Below are positions 45,269-55,580 of a stretch of 64,000 bases of DNA, one piece after another. The notes under the pieces are model-generated. The model ran no database searches, was not told where the DNA came from, and saw only the letters and a list, made by a program, of their open reading frames with translations. Position 1 is the first letter of the stretch, and each line of letters begins with the position of its first letter. The DNA comes from Escherichia phage vB_EcoM_WFL6982, in the sequence record MK373774.1; one strand, given 5' to 3'. The translations under genes were made by a program, and so were the position numbers.

Positions 45269-47082
45269 TGGTGTTTAACCCTATGCATGATTTCTTTATT
45301 TTTACCGAGATTAAATCCGCGTTCGTTCGGATTTCCCAAATATCCGCATGTTCTTCTTATGGTGTTCATCTTTTTAGGATCAGTTTCTCCGCAAACTGAA
45401 CAAACAAATCCGTTTTCAGTAGGAGTCATTTCATGGGTACTTCCACATGTAAAACATTTATCTACTGGCATATTAACACCAAAATAATCTAAATGTTGTG
45501 CAGCATAATCCCAGACGGCCTCAAGTCCCTTTAAATTGTTTTTCATATCTGGAAGTTCAACATAAGAAATGTGACCGCCTGTCGCAATGAAATGATACGG
45601 CGCTTCACGAGAAATCTTTTCAAACGGAGTAATATTTTCTTCTACTGAAACATGGAAACTATTAGTGTACCAGCCTTTATCGGTAACATCTTTTACACTT
45701 CCATATTTTTCTGTATCGAGTTTACAGAAGCGATAACAAAGGTTTTCAGCAGGAGTAGAATACAAGCTAAAAGCAAATCCAGTTCTTTCGGTCCACTGTT
45801 TAAGATGAGCATTCATTTTAGTTAAAATTTCTTGCCCAATATCACGACCGACAAGAATATTCAATTCGTGAATACCAATGTATCCTAAAGACACTGAACT
45901 TCTACCGTTTTTAAATAACTCAATTATATCGTCATCAGGTTTAAGGCGAACCCCGAATGCACCTTCTTGGTAAAGAATAGGAGCAACAGTCGCTTTAACT
46001 CCTTTTAAGGAACTAATTCTACACATCAAAGCTTCAAAACACAGGTCCATTCGTTCGTTAAATAGCTCAACAAATTTCTGTTCATTGAACTGTGTTCCAA
46101 TATAAGAATCTAACGCAATACGAGGAAGATTCAGTGTTACAACACCAAGATTATTACGTCCATCAAGAATTTCATTACCAGTCGAATCTTTCCATACGCT
46201 CAAGAAACTACGGCAACCCATTGGAGAAACTGGAACTGAAGAACCGGTAATAGCTTTATTATTCTTAACCGAAATAATGTCAGGATACATTCTTTTGCTT
46301 GCACATTCTAACGCAAGTTGTTTAATATCATAGTTTGGATCATCTTTATAAAGATTAACACCTTCTTCAACAAACATAACAAGTTTAGGAAAAATAGGAG
46401 TTATTCCATCACGACCAAGACCTTTAATGCGGTTTTTAAGAATTGCCTTCTGAATCATTCGTTCAGTCCAGTCAGTTCCCGTACCAAATGTAATTGTTAC
46501 AAAAGGCGTTTGTCCGTTTGAACTAAAGAGAGTATTTACTTCGTATTCATAAGCTTGGAATGCGTCATAGACATCTTTTTCTGTTTTAGATTGAGCATAA
46601 TTCAACGCATCAGCGATTTGCCATTTTTCTGCATCTTCAACATGTTTAGCGTATGTGCGTTTAACATAAGGAGAAAGAACTTTATCTACATTCGCAAATG
46701 TAGTTCCGCCATACTGGTGTGAAGCAACTTGTGCGGTAATTTGTGCCATAATTGCAGTAGCAACACCAATAGATTTAGGCGTTTCAATTTGAGCATTGCC
46801 TAATTTAAATCCATTCTCAAGCATCCCCTTTAAATCGACTAAACAGCAATTGGTAAACGGAAGAGCAGGAGAATAATCAATATCATGCATGTGAATGATT
46901 CCGCTTTCATGCGCATTCATAATAAAAGACGGGACCATATTTTTGGCAATGTGTTTAGACACAATACCAGCCATAAGGTCCCGTTGAGTTGGAAAAACAC
47001 GAGAATCTTTATTAGCATTCTCGTTCAAAAGATCTTTATTAGTTTTATAAATTAATCCTTCAATTTCTTTTTCAATTTTCAT
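45265..47082 (-). CDS. nrdD: anaerobic ribonucleoside-triphosphate reductase (glycyl radical enzyme), no intron
   Basis: 605 aa; C-terminal Zn site CxxC..CxxC and glycyl-radical motif RTCGYLG; continuous ORF. Confidence 0.95.
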   Translation of the reverse strand: MKIEKEIEGLIYKTNKDLLNENANKDSRVFPTQRDLMAGIVSKHIAKNMVPSFIMNAHESGIIHMHDIDYSPALPFTNCCLVDLKGMLENGFKLGNAQIETPKSIGVATAIMAQITAQVASHQYGGTTFANVDKVLSPYVKRTYAKHVEDAEKWQIADALNYAQSKTEKDVYDAFQAYEYEVNTLFSSNGQTPFVTITFGTGTDWTERMIQKAILKNRIKGLGRDGITPIFPKLVMFVEEGVNLYKDDPNYDIKQLALECASKRMYPDIISVKNNKAITGSSVPVSPMGCRSFLSVWKDSTGNEILDGRNNLGVVTLNLPRIALDSYIGTQFNEQKFVELFNERMDLCFEALMCRISSLKGVKATVAPILYQEGAFGVRLKPDDDIIELFKNGRSSVSLGYIGIHELNILVGRDIGQEILTKMNAHLKQWTERTGFAFSLYSTPAENLCYRFCKLDTEKYGSVKDVTDKGWYTNSFHVSVEENITPFEKISREAPYHFIATGGHISYVELPDMKNNLKGLEAVWDYAAQHLDYFGVNMPVDKCFTCGSTHEMTPTENGFVCSVCGETDPKKMNTIRRTCGYLGNPNERGFNLGKNKEIMHRVKHQ

Positions 47083-47552
47083 TTTAAACTCTTTCTAAGC
47101 TGCTTTTTGAATGAAGCTATTAATTGTGTTTTAGTATCAGATTCATTATATTCAAATCCTCTTTGAAGCATCTCGGACATCATTTCCTCTTTACCTAGTC
47201 TTGAGAACTCTTTAGTTTTGTCTGGAACAAAATTAGGATGGATATTATTATCAGAATAATCTTGTTTCAAATAAGCAAGAAGAGATTCAAGCCATTCGAG
47301 GTAGTCGACATCACGACCTTTAAGACCAGAACGGTTGAACTTATGCTTCATTTGGCCTTCTGCTGCGTTGCACAGATTACAGAGTAACCCACGAACTCTA
47401 CCTGCTTTTGGCCCGTTTAATTCGTGGTCGTGGTCAAGATGGTTACCTTGAACATCAGGGTCTAATTCACGGTGGCAAATAGGACACTTACCGTTCTGTG
47501 CATCATAAAATTTTTGTTTTTCTTCTTTGTATAATTTGCCAGATAATAACAT
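47079..47552 (-). CDS. 49: endonuclease VII (Holliday junction resolvase)
   Basis: 157 aa; CPICHR..LDHDHEL..GLLCNLCN matches T4 gp49 as recalled. Confidence 0.92.
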   Translation of the reverse strand: MLLSGKLYKEEKQKFYDAQNGKCPICHRELDPDVQGNHLDHDHELNGPKAGRVRGLLCNLCNAAEGQMKHKFNRSGLKGRDVDYLEWLESLLAYLKQDYSDNNIHPNFVPDKTKEFSRLGKEEMMSEMLQRGFEYNESDTKTQLIASFKKQLRKSLK

Positions 47553-47581
47553 AATAAACCCTTACCATATATAGATAAGGG

Positions 47582-47589
47582 TATTTATA
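47582..47589 (-). promoter_or_regulatory. late promoter (TATAAATA) upstream of gene 49
   Basis: plus-strand TATTTATA = TATAAATA on minus strand, about 30 nt upstream of gene 49 ATG; T4 gene 49 is known to have a late promoter. Confidence 0.5.
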
Positions 47590-47591
47590 AT

Positions 47592-47771
47592 TTAGTAAAC
47601 GTTATAAAAGTCTCGATGAAAACGTTTATACTGTCGAATCATTCTTTTAGTAGGACGTGTTACCGAAATGATTGAAGTCCTCATGTTCGGATTGTTTGGA
47701 GCCCCAATCATAATAAATTTCCAGGATTTTTGGCCGTTTGTTCTTTCGCCATAAAATAGTTCAGTTTTCAT
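47592..47771 (-). CDS. small protein with basic C-terminal RPTKR tail (family member)
   Basis: 59-aa ORF ending ..VTRPTKRMIRQYKRFHRDFY; not in ORF track. Confidence 0.4.
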   Translation of the reverse strand: MKTELFYGERTNGQKSWKFIMIGAPNNPNMRTSIISVTRPTKRMIRQYKRFHRDFYNVY

Positions 47772-47780
47772 AATAAACCT

Positions 47781-48194
47781 TTAACTTAAACGTCTTTCTA
47801 AATATTCAATGTATTCCGCTGCGGCTTGCATCAGATTACCTTCATAACCGTCATTATTTTCTTGGGCGGCTAATTTAGCTAAAGCATAAGAAATACGTTC
47901 ACCTTCGAATTCGCCAAGTCCACCATCACAAACTACTTGGTCAATTTCTTCGAGTTCATCTATTGAATGGGATTCCCAGAAGCACCAAAGAGAAGTATCA
48001 CGGTCATAGATGCAAAGTTTCTCACCTGTGTTCAACATCACTTCAATAATGCCATGGTCGCCATAACCATCTTCGGTAGTAGTACCAATTACCTTGATGA
48101 TCGTATCTTTCTTTAATTCAGGAAACTTGACTTGTAGTTCTTCATCTTCTTTAACAATCTTGAACCATTTACCGCGAGTTTCAGAAATATTCAT
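47781..48194 (-). CDS. hypothetical acidic protein
   Basis: about 137 aa from internal ATG (MNISETRGKWF..); ORF-track N-terminus overlaps upstream gene. Confidence 0.5.
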   Translation of the reverse strand: MNISETRGKWFKIVKEDEELQVKFPELKKDTIIKVIGTTTEDGYGDHGIIEVMLNTGEKLCIYDRDTSLWCFWESHSIDELEEIDQVVCDGGLGEFEGERISYALAKLAAQENNDGYEGNLMQAAAEYIEYLERRLS

Positions 48195-48195
48195 A

Positions 48196-48393
48196 TCAAT
48201 ATTCTCTATAAAAGTTACGATGAGAACGTTTAGCTTTGCGAAGCTGACGTTTAGTAGGACGAACTGTAAATGGTTGTCCAGAGAAAAAATTCGGATCGGT
48301 TTTAATAAGCAAATACCAATCATGCTTGCCATTTTTTAATAAACGGTACAATAATTTAACTTGCATAATAATCTCTTCCCATCTCCATATCAA
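48196..48393 (-). CDS. small protein with basic C-terminal RPTKRQ tail (family member)
   Basis: 65-aa ORF ending ..FTVRPTKRQLRKAKRSHRNFY. Confidence 0.4.
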   Translation of the reverse strand: MIWRWEEIIMQVKLLYRLLKNGKHDWYLLIKTDPNFFSGQPFTVRPTKRQLRKAKRSHRNFYREY

Positions 48394-48494
48394 TTAATTC
48401 ATTTATTGAAGGTTCATCATAACACGTTTCTTCGTCGTTGTAAACTGTTTCGACGTCTGGCTCGACTGTCTCCCATCGAGCCGAATACCATGGC

Positions 48495-48851
48495 TTAACC
48501 CCGGAGTTTATTGAGCTCTTCATAATCAATCCAGGATTCTAGCCCTGACGGCAGGTCACATTCAATGTTCCACAGAAGCTCTTCAATGGCTTGCAGGCGA
48601 TTATATTCTTCAACGGTAATGGTAACCATTGGTGCAACCGGTTCTGCCTTTTTAACCATCATGTCGTTCATCAGGACGTAAAGGTCATCACGAACGACAG
48701 TGTCGTTCCAACCCCATGATTTGGCTTCGTAAGCTAATGATGAAGGGAGCACATTTAAAACTTCAATAATAGTTGGAGCATCAGGACCAAGTTCATTGGC
48801 ACAAACTTCGTATACATCCTGGAAATCTTTAAGATTTAATGAATATGTCAT
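48495..48851 (-). CDS. hypothetical acidic protein
   Basis: 118-aa ORF. Confidence 0.5.
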   Translation of the reverse strand: MTYSLNLKDFQDVYEVCANELGPDAPTIIEVLNVLPSSLAYEAKSWGWNDTVVRDDLYVLMNDMMVKKAEPVAPMVTITVEEYNRLQAIEELLWNIECDLPSGLESWIDYEELNKLRG

Positions 48852-48869
48852 TTAAAATTTTCTCGCAGG

Positions 48870-49166
48870 TTATTGTTCTACCCATGAACAAGAGACTTCA
48901 AAATCAGGACCACCGTATTCCCAGTGATATTCACCAACAGGAATCCAGTCACCGTGCTCGTTTTCTTCATAGTCCTCAGGCTCAAGGCCAACGAATCGCC
49001 ATTGGACACCGATGATTCGATTACCCATCATTACTCGAAATTCGCCCCATGGATTATCGATAGCATACTGAATATCGTTCTTGGCACGAGAGCACATTTC
49101 TTGATATAATAAAGCTTCTAATTCACCCTGGTCATAAGGGCCAGGGAAAGTTAAATCAATACTCAT
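48870..49166 (-). CDS. hypothetical acidic protein
   Basis: 98-aa ORF. Confidence 0.5.
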   Translation of the reverse strand: MSIDLTFPGPYDQGELEALLYQEMCSRAKNDIQYAIDNPWGEFRVMMGNRIIGVQWRFVGLEPEDYEENEHGDWIPVGEYHWEYGGPDFEVSCSWVEQ

Positions 49167-49426
49167 TTAAAATATTCTCGTAGTTGGTCAAATCCACCAA
49201 TGTGACTTCCGTCAGGAGCAAACACCTGAGGCATAGTCAATCCAACTTGTGATTCACGTCCAAGCTTAACCAGAAGCTCAGTAATTTTCTCATCATCGAA
49301 CACACCTTTTTCCGGCATAACATTAATGAATTCGAATGGTTGTTTCTTAACAGTCAGCAATCGTTTCGCATTATCACAATAAATGCATTTATGAATAGTA
49401 GAGTCATACCCGTACACTTTAAACAT
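49163..49426 (-). CDS. nrdC: thioredoxin/glutaredoxin NrdC
   Basis: 87 aa from MFKVYGYD; CxxC (CIYC); near-colinear with T4 NrdC as recalled. Confidence 0.9.
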   Translation of the reverse strand: MFKVYGYDSTIHKCIYCDNAKRLLTVKKQPFEFINVMPEKGVFDDEKITELLVKLGRESQVGLTMPQVFAPDGSHIGGFDQLREYFK

Positions 49427-49832
49427 TATTTTTCCTTTCATCGATTAAATATGCAATGCCAAATACAATACATGTAATAAAACCTGTGATACAGATAGAA
49501 ACCAACAATACTGTACCAAAGAACCAAATCAAGTTATCTTTGGTAGTTTGTTTGATATCCATCTCACGAATTTCTATAGCTATCGTATCACCTTTATTCA
49601 GAAGCGTATAAAACGATGGCGATACACGCCTGTCAAAAACTCGTCCTTGCTCATCTTTATAGACTGCAATAAATTCTAATTTAGAATATTTTCCTGTAGA
49701 TTGGCCTGAGATTAATTCCACTACCTCCACAGGAATTACTTTAGTTTCCATGTAAGTATTCTGGCTGTTCCAAATGAATGGAATAATAGCAAAAACTAAA
49801 GCTGTGATAAAACAACGAAGGCTATATCTCAT
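49419..49832 (-). CDS. membrane protein
   Basis: 137 aa with N- and C-terminal TM helices. Confidence 0.5.
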   Translation of the reverse strand: MRYSLRCFITALVFAIIPFIWNSQNTYMETKVIPVEVVELISGQSTGKYSKLEFIAVYKDEQGRVFDRRVSPSFYTLLNKGDTIAIEIREMDIKQTTKDNLIWFFGTVLLVSICITGFITCIVFGIAYLIDERKNNV

Positions 49833-50137
49833 TATAATGTTCTCTCAAATTTGTGGAAGCATTTACGGCATTTCAATTTCAAGTTATCAGTTGTCCAGTT
49901 AACCAGTTGGACTTGGATAGTTCCACATTCCGGGCATGGATGTTTTGCTGCCGATTTAGCAGCATTTTCACGTCGTTCAACCATTTTCATTATTTCGTTC
50001 CATGCCGGAGGAACAAACTCTTCTTCACCGTGGATTTTATCTCGCTGAACAAATTCAATCTTTGAACTATCGTCAATAAACTTAACCAAGCCATGATTAG
50101 TGCTCATATCAATATCCTCTAAAAGACGTAGTTTCAT
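49832..50137 (-). CDS. hypothetical zinc-ribbon protein
   Basis: 101 aa; CPECG ... CRKC. Confidence 0.5.
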   Translation of the reverse strand: MKLRLLEDIDMSTNHGLVKFIDDSSKIEFVQRDKIHGEEEFVPPAWNEIMKMVERRENAAKSAAKHPCPECGTIQVQLVNWTTDNLKLKCRKCFHKFERTL

Positions 50138-51087
50138 TATAACACCTCAATGGCATTTCGTAAACCATCCGCTTTCGCATTCAGAGCTTTTAACGATTTA
50201 GTTTGTTCTGCAATCTGGGCTTCGACTTCTTTCAGACGAGATTTGAGGTATTCACGTTCTTCAGCCATGATATCAACCTTTTCTGCTTTAGGTTCTTTAA
50301 TAAGCTTAGGTTTATACGTATTAGGGTTCTTCAGCTTAATTCGGGTACGAGAACTGTATAACATTGAACCGTTATCTTCGGATTCGTCGAACGTTTCAAC
50401 AACATCCATAGTCTCTAACAATGTAATAAGTTTATAAGACAATGAACGAACGGTTTTGTTATGCTTATTAATTTCTTCAGCTTTCATGGTACCGAGATTA
50501 CGTGAGTAGTAATAAGGAACCTGGATATCAATTGATAATGATGCGTTACCATTACCAGTTGGTTTGAATACTGCAGTAACCCAATCTTTAACATGAACTT
50601 TATTTGTACGACCATCACCGCCCGTGAATAATTTACGAGAATGTTTAAAAAGCATATTCACTTGGTTATTGAATTCACAAGCAAATTTATCAGCAAATTT
50701 AGTTTCAGGAATTGTAGATAACCAATCAGCCAAATGAGTCTTTTTAACATCGTTAATAATAGTGAATTCAACCAAATCAGTTTTAGATGTCACAGATTTA
50801 ATAAAGCTCGGTTTCATAAAGTTTTTAATGTTATCGCGAGCTACAGTAGAAGATAATAAACGAGAACGTTTGAACCATTGAAGCAACGTCCCTAATGAAT
50901 GAGAATATGCATTTTGAGTATCTTTACAGATATGATTTTCTTGGTCTGTGTATGTACCAAAATCGCGAAGAATACCACTTACTACATCTCGGTGTGGAAC
51001 ATCAAATCCTAGTGCGCCAGTAGCGCGCTGAGCATGAACGTTAGCGATAAGGCCGGCAAAGTATTCAATGTAATGTGAACGTGTCAT
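50137..51087 (-). CDS. hypothetical protein with C-terminal coiled coil
   Basis: 316-aa ORF; palindrome-bearing early promoter upstream. Confidence 0.6.
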   Translation of the reverse strand: MTRSHYIEYFAGLIANVHAQRATGALGFDVPHRDVVSGILRDFGTYTDQENHICKDTQNAYSHSLGTLLQWFKRSRLLSSTVARDNIKNFMKPSFIKSVTSKTDLVEFTIINDVKKTHLADWLSTIPETKFADKFACEFNNQVNMLFKHSRKLFTGGDGRTNKVHVKDWVTAVFKPTGNGNASLSIDIQVPYYYSRNLGTMKAEEINKHNKTVRSLSYKLITLLETMDVVETFDESEDNGSMLYSSRTRIKLKNPNTYKPKLIKEPKAEKVDIMAEEREYLKSRLKEVEAQIAEQTKSLKALNAKADGLRNAIEVL

Positions 51088-51115
51088 AATATTTTCCTCT
51101 CGTTAAGATAAATTC

Positions 51116-51147
51116 ATTATACTCCAACCATCCTTGGTTGTACATCA
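51116..51147 (-). promoter_or_regulatory. early promoter with palindromic spacer (third copy)
   Basis: -35 variant TGTACA, spacer AACCAAGGATGGTTGG, -10 TATAAT. Confidence 0.5.
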
Positions 51148-52140
51148 TTCCTTAAGAAGTTTTACTACTTGAATAAGATTAGCTCGTTCTGTTTTATTTT
51201 TACCGTTTAAGCCTGCTAATCGTGAGATTTCATCGTCAGTCTGTTGAATAGTTACATTAAGTTCGTTAATCAAAGCTTCAAAGTATTTGATTTGCTCAGC
51301 ATGTTTTGATTCAAATTTCTGAACCGGAATAACGTCTTGGTTCAGTTCATCAATAAGGTCTTTAAGAGCATCTTCTTGGTTGATATCATATTCAACTTCT
51401 TTTATTTCTTCAACGAGCTCGTCTTTATATCTAACGTCTTTTAGTCCTGGAGCTGGTCCTGAAATCTCTTCTTTAAGAGTACAAACATACCCAATACGGT
51501 ATCCAACGCCGTCTCGCTTGATATCAACTTCGTCGATAAATCCACAATGTTTAAGTCCAGAGCCGATTATGTCAAAATATCCTTGACGTCGTCCTTCAAA
51601 CGTTACACGAACTACTAAGACAGTTTTACCTGCAACCTTTTGAAGCTCACATTTATAAAAGTCAGTTGAACCTGAATAACGTGGATGAGTTTTAAAGTTC
51701 ATCTGACGATCTAGGCCCATTTGTAAGCGTGCTGTTACGGCCATAAAACGTGTTTGGTTCTCGTTAAGATGAGCAACAATCCATTTCAAAGGCATTTTAC
51801 ACTGTTCACGGCCGAACAAATCAGTACGTCCTAAATTACGCAGGATATTGTTAGAGTTAATCATCGACAGAACGTTAAGTTTATTCAGCGCGCTGAAGAT
51901 TCCATCAGCCATTGATTTCCCATAACCTTTACACGCTTTAATAAGTGCTCGCGGCAGATTAGTATAGATTTCAGACGGCATATGAAAATCAAATTTACTA
52001 ACCAGTAATTGATGAACTTGGATAGCAATTTGTTCATAATTAAGTGCTCTGCGATCGTTATGGTCTTTAAACCACACTTTAATCTGTGAAGCACATAAAC
52101 CGTTAATTTCATGTTTTACCGCATCAGATGTAATGCTCAT
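51145..52140 (-). CDS. hypothetical protein with C-terminal coiled coil
   Basis: 331-aa ORF. Confidence 0.6.
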   Translation of the reverse strand: MSITSDAVKHEINGLCASQIKVWFKDHNDRRALNYEQIAIQVHQLLVSKFDFHMPSEIYTNLPRALIKACKGYGKSMADGIFSALNKLNVLSMINSNNILRNLGRTDLFGREQCKMPLKWIVAHLNENQTRFMAVTARLQMGLDRQMNFKTHPRYSGSTDFYKCELQKVAGKTVLVVRVTFEGRRQGYFDIIGSGLKHCGFIDEVDIKRDGVGYRIGYVCTLKEEISGPAPGLKDVRYKDELVEEIKEVEYDINQEDALKDLIDELNQDVIPVQKFESKHAEQIKYFEALINELNVTIQQTDDEISRLAGLNGKNKTERANLIQVVKLLKE

Positions 52141-52202
52141 AACTATTTCCTCAGATTGAATTGGAACTCAAAACCATTATAACCCGTCCTTGGGTAAAGC
52201 GT

Positions 52203-52730
52203 TTATGCGTGAACCGTCTTTAAACGTTCTTCAAATTTCCGAAGAGTACTAATACGTTCTGCTTTCTGTTTTGTATAGTTTGCAATACGTTCTGAAGTGA
52301 GAGCGTATCGTTCGTTTACTGTTTCTTTCATGAAGTCAGGGATTTCACGAGAAGCTTTAATTTCATCAAACTTATCGAGTACTGCCTGGTCTTCAGCAAT
52401 TAAATTTTCGTACATCTCGATATCTTTCTTGATGAAGTCGATATCTTCCTGGGTTACTTTGGATAAACGAGATGCTTTATCCTTTTTGTACTGCTCGTTA
52501 GTTTCACGAGACCAGAATAATGTACGTTTTTTGTTAGTGTTTTTGTAGACTTCCACAATTCCAACTGAATCGATGATAACAATCCAATTCCAGCGAGATT
52601 TGAAAATCTGACCTCCGTCCACGGTAATCTCGTTACCATAAGCAACGTCATTAAAGAACTTGCTTTGTGCTTCAGATTTAAATTTACCGTCGTTATAATT
52701 TACCAGGTTGAAAATATCTTTAGCGTTCAT
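52203..52730 (-). CDS. hypothetical protein
   Basis: 175-aa ORF with early promoter upstream. Confidence 0.55.
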   Translation of the reverse strand: MNAKDIFNLVNYNDGKFKSEAQSKFFNDVAYGNEITVDGGQIFKSRWNWIVIIDSVGIVEVYKNTNKKRTLFWSRETNEQYKKDKASRLSKVTQEDIDFIKKDIEMYENLIAEDQAVLDKFDEIKASREIPDFMKETVNERYALTSERIANYTKQKAERISTLRKFEERLKTVHA

Positions 52731-52757
52731 GTTTTACCTCCAGTAGTTGATAGGTCT

Positions 52758-52786
52758 ATAATAACATAACCATAGACCTTGTAAAC
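52758..52786 (-). promoter_or_regulatory. T4-type early promoter
   Basis: GTTTAC-17nt-TATTAT. Confidence 0.6.
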
Positions 52787-52788
52787 AA

Positions 52789-53076
52789 CTAAAAGAAACT
52801 TTTTTCGGTATTTTTTCCACTGAACCAAACAGACTTCGGGATTTTTTGTAATTTTTCAGATTTAAGTTTCTCTTCCTGTTCTTTCTTATATACACCCTTG
52901 TCGTACTGGAGCATCTCTATGGCATTCTTTTGCAAACGATCTAAGGTAATTAAGGCTTTAGTTTTTCCTTTCAAGGAAGAGTCCTGGCGAACCTCCTCGC
53001 TATATTGCATAGTAGAACTAACCATACGATGAGCATAGAGTTCGACTGCGGCTTTAATTTTTTGCGTAAAATCCAT
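52789..53076 (-). CDS. hypothetical protein
   Basis: 95-aa ORF. Confidence 0.45.
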   Translation of the reverse strand: MDFTQKIKAAVELYAHRMVSSTMQYSEEVRQDSSLKGKTKALITLDRLQKNAIEMLQYDKGVYKKEQEEKLKSEKLQKIPKSVWFSGKNTEKSFF

Positions 53077-53214
53077 AACATATCCTCTTTGATTTGTACA
53101 TCATTATTTTTAAATATTTCTATGCCCTCAGTAGGTTCCTGGTGTCCTTCTTTGAGGTAAACCATATGATTATTCATCTTTATGGCTTTTGTTACCTCAG
53201 AACTTCCTATAAGC

Positions 53215-54207
53215 TTATTTCAGTAAAGTAACTTCCGAGATTTCCTCCCAACCATCTTTATCAGTTGAAATAAAATCTGCTACATAAAGAGCCGTACGTA
53301 ATGATACATTGCGAAGACGAGATACGTTAGCCTTCATCCAGGACAATGCTTTGTACGTTTCTGCATCCGTCAGGCCACGTTTCTGCATCATGTCAGTAGA
53401 TAATATTACATCTTCAACTCGGACCATAATCTCTTCATTAGAGTGTACTCCAAGGTCGAGATACACTGAACGAGATACTAAAGCTTGAAGGTGTGGAGCA
53501 AGTTTCGAACCACGTTCTAACTCTTTATCGATATCAACGTTTGTAATGAAAACGATAGTACCTTCAAACTCAAATTCTTTATCAATACCCTTATCCTCGA
53601 GATAAGATGACGCAGTGCTCCAACAAACTTTGCGTTTATCTCCGGTATCTAATGCTGCTTTAAGAAGGTTCAGGATGTCCATATCTGAGAATACGTCAAC
53701 GTCATCGATTAAGAGAACGCTGTCTGCATCACGGTTGAGCCAAAGTTGTTCGTAAAGGCCAATACCAGAGATTTTACCATTAATGCTTTTGTATTTGATG
53801 AAACCATTATCATTAGCATTATTAAGTGCTTTATCCAGAGAATATGTCTTACCAATACCGGCTGCACCTGAAATAATGAGTGAACGAATTTTGCCATCGA
53901 TAATACCATTCGTCATCATGTTCATTACTTTAAAGCGTTTGTTGATACGAGTTTTCATATCTTCAGTGCTTTCAACAACTGCAACCGGTGACGTCTCAAC
54001 TCCTTCCATTATGATGTCTGATTTGAAGACCCATACTCCACGTTCAGAACCATCAATCATAACGAAAATTTTACCATCACCTAAGTGGGAACATTCAGGA
54101 TTAAGCTTTACCGGGAACCAGGTCTTTGTGGCAACATAAGAACCAGAGATTTCGTTATTACGATAGATACCTTTTTTGATTTGAACGTTGAACATTTTAT
54201 TCTCCAA
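53215..54207 (-). CDS. P-loop ATPase (AAA-like) with N-terminal extra domain
   Basis: 330 aa; Walker A SGAAGIGKT, Walker B LLIDDVD. Confidence 0.6.
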   Translation of the reverse strand: MENKMFNVQIKKGIYRNNEISGSYVATKTWFPVKLNPECSHLGDGKIFVMIDGSERGVWVFKSDIIMEGVETSPVAVVESTEDMKTRINKRFKVMNMMTNGIIDGKIRSLIISGAAGIGKTYSLDKALNNANDNGFIKYKSINGKISGIGLYEQLWLNRDADSVLLIDDVDVFSDMDILNLLKAALDTGDKRKVCWSTASSYLEDKGIDKEFEFEGTIVFITNVDIDKELERGSKLAPHLQALVSRSVYLDLGVHSNEEIMVRVEDVILSTDMMQKRGLTDAETYKALSWMKANVSRLRNVSLRTALYVADFISTDKDGWEEISEVTLLK

Positions 54208-54234
54208 ATTTACTCATTTCGTTTCGATAGGTCT

Positions 54235-54263
54235 ATAATAACATGTTTAAAGCAAAAGTAAAC
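54235..54263 (-). promoter_or_regulatory. T4-type early promoter
   Basis: GTTTAC-17nt-TATTAT followed by AGACCTATC. Confidence 0.6.
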
Positions 54264-54265
54264 AA

Positions 54266-54484
54266 TTATTTGCGACGAGATTTTTTGGTAAGAGGTTGAA
54301 AGAACACTGCTTTACCGGCTGGGGTTAAGGTGACTCGTAATGCATTACCGATTCCCAAGGATGCTTTAACCAGACCTTTAGATTTCAGTTCACCGAATGC
54401 TTGACGTTGGTCTGCATCACGAGTGTTAACCATAAGACCTTTATCACCTGCTTCACGAATCATTTCTAACATTTTTGTTTTCAT
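54266..54484 (-). CDS. hypothetical small basic protein
   Basis: 72-aa ORF. Confidence 0.45.
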   Translation of the reverse strand: MKTKMLEMIREAGDKGLMVNTRDADQRQAFGELKSKGLVKASLGIGNALRVTLTPAGKAVFFQPLTKKSRRK

Positions 54485-54514
54485 TTTGTTTTCTCCTCTT
54501 GTTTTGATAAGTCT

Positions 54515-54543
54515 ATAATAACATATCCTAAAAGCATGTACAC
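54515..54543 (-). promoter_or_regulatory. early promoter (variant -35 GTGTAC)
   Basis: GTGTAC-17nt-TATTAT followed by AGACTTATC. Confidence 0.45.
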
Positions 54544-54571
54544 TACTTTTTAAAAATATTTTGACCCCCTA

Positions 54572-54589
54572 AAGGGCCTGAAGGCCCTT
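54572..54589 (-). terminator. stem-loop downstream of NTase-fold gene
   Basis: AAGGGCC-tgaa-GGCCCTT perfect 7-bp hairpin. Confidence 0.4.
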
Positions 54590-54590
54590 A

Positions 54591-55580
54591 TCATTTATAG
54601 TACGAATTGTGGTTTTCTAAGTAGACTTGCTCAAGGAAGTCATCCCAGAAACTCATATCTACTTTTTGTTGCATACCGTTCTTAGCAGCTTGTTCTGCTG
54701 CATGTTCAACTTGGTCAACGATATCTTCTAGGAATTCTTGTACAGTTTTAAACGTATGTTTACCAAGCTTAACATCGAGAATAAATGGAGCATCCTGAAG
54801 TGGGTAAACCAGGTCGCCGGTTTTGTAAATTTCCAATAATTGAAGTCCACCACGACATGCATGACTCAATGCTTTCCAGTCAATACCTTCGTTGGCTTCT
54901 GCCTTACGAGCACGTTCGCCATAGTTCTCTTCCAGTTTAACCAGGATGGCATTGAACTCTTTATTGGTTAACGTATCTTGGAATTTACGGTCTAACAGAT
55001 TATAGAATGTTTGCATACCTGTTTTCTCGTTTTCGGTTTCAACCCACGAAGCAAATTCACCTACAGGCAGAACATTCTTCATATGTGATAAACGAATTAC
55101 TGCACCATTATCAAAGTATTGTCCCCATTCATTAGAACGTTTAAGGGCTTGACGAAGAACAGCCAGTCGAGAACCCTTGACACCGTATTTAGAAGCTTGC
55201 TTACGGACATACCCTAAATAAGATTTCATGTTAGTGGTATAGAAACGAGACCTGTTATCTTGAATATACTTCCATACATCAGGCAAATCAGATTTAACTA
55301 CTAGACTTTGTGGAGTGTGAAGCATGTCTAATGCGACGGTTTCACCGTCCACAGCTAGTTTAAAGAAATATTTGAGACTATACAACTCATGGTCCACGTC
55401 GTCTTTTGTGTTCTTAGAAGATGTGTTATTCGTGTTCTTGCTCATGTGTTCTTTAACGTTACCGGTCAAGATATCACGAGCATGAGGGACATAAATTTCT
55501 TTAAAATCGACGTCAGATTCAGGAGTAGACGTTCCATAAAGGTGGCTACCAAAGTAGCCTTTCATAATTGTTTTCATCAT
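54591..55580 (-). CDS. nucleotidyltransferase-fold protein (pol-beta superfamily signature GS-x10-DxD)
   Basis: 329 aa; N-terminal GYFGSHLYGTSTPESDVDF fits the hG[GS]x9-13Dh[DE]h motif. Confidence 0.55.
   Translation of the reverse strand: MMKTIMKGYFGSHLYGTSTPESDVDFKEIYVPHARDILTGNVKEHMSKNTNNTSSKNTKDDVDHELYSLKYFFKLAVDGETVALDMLHTPQSLVVKSDLPDVWKYIQDNRSRFYTTNMKSYLGYVRKQASKYGVKGSRLAVLRQALKRSNEWGQYFDNGAVIRLSHMKNVLPVGEFASWVETENEKTGMQTFYNLLDRKFQDTLTNKEFNAILVKLEENYGERARKAEANEGIDWKALSHACRGGLQLLEIYKTGDLVYPLQDAPFILDVKLGKHTFKTVQEFLEDIVDQVEHAAEQAAKNGMQQKVDMSFWDDFLEQVYLENHNSYYK

Noticed and set aside
45265-47082. Possible group I intron or homing endonuclease in nrdD
   Set aside because: nrdD is one continuous 605-aa ORF with the glycyl radical motif intact; no interruption or GIY-YIG/HNH ORF seen
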